From assembly GCA_012295275.1 (NCBI GenBank), contig CM022676.1, positions 13,454,001 through 13,518,000 on the forward strand: 64,000 nucleotides of DNA, written 5' to 3'. Of this stretch, positions 62,501-64,000 are shown piece by piece. The DNA comes from Chrysomallon squamiferum. Lineage: Eukaryota > Animalia > Mollusca. The position numbers and the translations under genes are program-made. Position 1 is the first letter of the stretch. Each line of letters opens with the position of its first letter. A model generated the notes under the pieces. It was not told the origin of the DNA. It searched no databases and saw only the letters and a program-made list of their open reading frames with translations.

Positions 62501-64000
62501 TTTATTGTTTACTTGAACTTCCATATGGTATTTATATTTTAATAAATATTAGAATCATATACTGACAATTAATATACCAATTATTTTATCAAAAATTACC
62601 AGTTCCCTTAATATTGTCTTTTTCTCTACTTATGATAAAAACAGTGAATGTTGTAATGCACTAAACACTTTTTTTCTAATTACTGAGTCATTTTTTTCAT
62701 GGAAAAAGTGTTATCAACACACCATGATTGTTTCCATACATTAGTAGTTGGAAGACAAAAAATGTTGACTTTGGTAAACAACTTCTCTGTATTTTAAATA
62801 AATATAGCTGCAGGAATTTTGATAGCAAAGTGAAAATTAACCACATAAAAGAATTAAGGAAACACATGTGTTGAACTGAAAGACGCTGTCCAGAAAAAGC
62901 AAGACAATATTAATCAAGTTCTAAATAATAAATAAAGAAGCTTTTGACAACGCAAATAGTACAGAAAAAAAACATTTCAGTGAATAGAAAATTCAACAAA
63001 ATTCAACATAAAATAAAATAATACTCATGCATGATTTGGTAAGTTTATATGTATAAATATCCAGATTATTTTAATTTTCTTTAAGAGTACTCATCATTAA
63101 TTAGAACTAGATTTGTGAATAGAACATTTCAGAGATAATAACATTTTGTTTCATTAAACTACACAGTACTCACAGTAAACATTTAGTGTTTTATTTTCAG
63201 ATGACTTTGGATCATTTTTGTGGAGTGTGAAGTTATTTGTAGCCTGACACATAAATGTCTGACTGTTGTCTGTGTAGGACAGATTTTTGAACAGCCAGTA
63301 GGAGTTTGTGTGTGTGGAATCTTTCACTCCGTTCTTAAACCAGACAGTCACAGCTGGAGGATTTCCTCTGTCAGACACTGCACAAGTCAGCTTTCTACTC
63401 AGACCTTCTAACCACGGAAAACTCAAACTTGAAACCAGATCTGGTGATGATGGCGGATCTAAACAAAACATTATAAAGAATTTATTAAAATGTCGAATTA
63501 AAAATACTTTAAGAATAATAAAAAAGTAAACCAAGAAAACAAAGTATTTTAGTGTTCTAATCATTATGTTTGTTAATTTCCTTTCAGTGTTTTTACTGTT
63601 GCTTTCATCATTGTTACTGTTATTGTTATTATCATCACTGTTATTATTATTATCATCACCATCAATATCATTTCCATTATTATTTTCATCGTCATTATTA
63701 TTATTATTATTTGTATTATTGTTGTTGTTGTTGTTGTTGTTGTTATTATTATTATTATTACTACTATTATCACTATTATATACTTACAGTACACAGTGAG
63801 TGTTTCAGTGTCTGTGAGATTATATCTGTGAGTCTGGTGAACTGCACTGCACTGACAAGTCTTAGAGTTGAGATTTCTTGTAACTGTAAATGACAAATCT
63901 ACAAAAACACTGTTTTCATCTCTCTCAGATGAAGTTTTCATGTGAGCTGTGTCACAAGACAGACTTACTGATGTCACTAGAGGTTTACCACCTGACACAA
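56393..64000 (-). CDS. Gene E: multi-Ig-FN3-TM receptor with two ITAMs, 5' end outside window; exons >64000-63788, 63458-63174, 62324-62058, 61744-61448, 59046-58405, 57186-57049, 56711-56601, 56511-56393
   Basis: All boundaries AG/GT, phase 1-1, continuous frame to TGA at 56395-56393. Confidence 0.88.
56601..56711 (-). CDS. Gene E first ITAM exon
   Basis: VMEHPSPVTDQT-YEGL-QQNRDTTE-YSRI-EM-YENL-RQT. Confidence 0.87.
57049..57186 (-). CDS. Gene E transmembrane exon (TM type 1)
   Basis: SEEQIGSSSLLGAAVGGAVGSVTVIVVIVILVFLLRRRGPFSNKS; alternative in-frame acceptor 6 nt inside. Confidence 0.87.
57613..57692. mobile_element. 80-bp MITE-like derivative of the same Tigger/pogo family
   Basis: TTGACTTACGAG ... 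CTCGTAAGTCAAGGTATCACTG+TA: only the two TIR ends remain. Confidence 0.75.
58405..59046 (-). CDS. Gene E Ig+FN3 exon, module g
   Basis: Paralogue of 1507-2124 with an extra 8 aa (SQVTRENI). Confidence 0.92.
59550..60569 (+). mobile_element. 5'-truncated degenerate non-LTR retrotransposon (LINE) 3' end, antisense in a gene E intron
   Basis: LFDKLIQPILLYGC, YGELGRYPL, KFRTANAKLPFETGRW and RKCYICNLNKIGDE motifs typical of LINE ORF2 C-termini; AATAAA followed by a (TGTCAT)n tail. Confidence 0.85.
61448..61744 (-). CDS. Gene E Ig exon, module k
   Basis: LNINCSADGRP...FEDSGIYVCIVENG. Confidence 0.9.
62058..62324 (-). CDS. Gene E Ig exon, module j
   Basis: EGQSLDVVNCSADNNPP...LNW...DHHGTYTCTA. Confidence 0.88.
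63174..63458 (-). CDS. Gene E Ig exon, module d
   Basis: Near-identical to 27308-27592. Confidence 0.9.
63788..64000 (-). CDS. Gene E Ig exon, module c (partial)
   Basis: Near-identical to 27913-28209. Confidence 0.88.

Overview
AT-rich, microsatellite-rich eukaryotic DNA from an invertebrate animal (a mollusc is my guess; this cannot be proven from the window). Almost the whole 64 kb is a tandem/inverted cluster of intron-containing immunoglobulin-superfamily (IgSF) type I membrane receptor genes, with architecture signal peptide - multiple Ig domains - FN3 - TM - tyrosine-motif tail. I reconstructed the exons by hand from GT-AG sites and reading frame; the small cytoplasmic exons are missing from the ORF track. 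Gene A (+, <1-7681) ends in two tandem ITIMs plus NxxY and YxN motifs, so it looks inhibitory. Genes C (-, 23579-33185) and D (-, 35249-42939) each carry one canonical ITAM. Gene E (-, 56393->64000) carries two ITAMs yet shares a highly similar Ig+FN3 exon and an almost identical TM with ITIM gene A. B (-, ~9840-21928) is a decayed inverted ITIM-type paralogue, and F (+, 45790-48163) is a damaged unrelated Ig/TM gene. The genes are mosaics of a shared pool of phase-1 domain exons. The best reading is an invertebrate paired activating/inhibitory immune-type receptor complex diversifying by duplication, deletion and exon shuffling. Tigger/pogo elements, a LINE 3' fragment and a TIR element are interspersed. 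The gene models are inferred, not transcript-verified, and novelty needs a database search.
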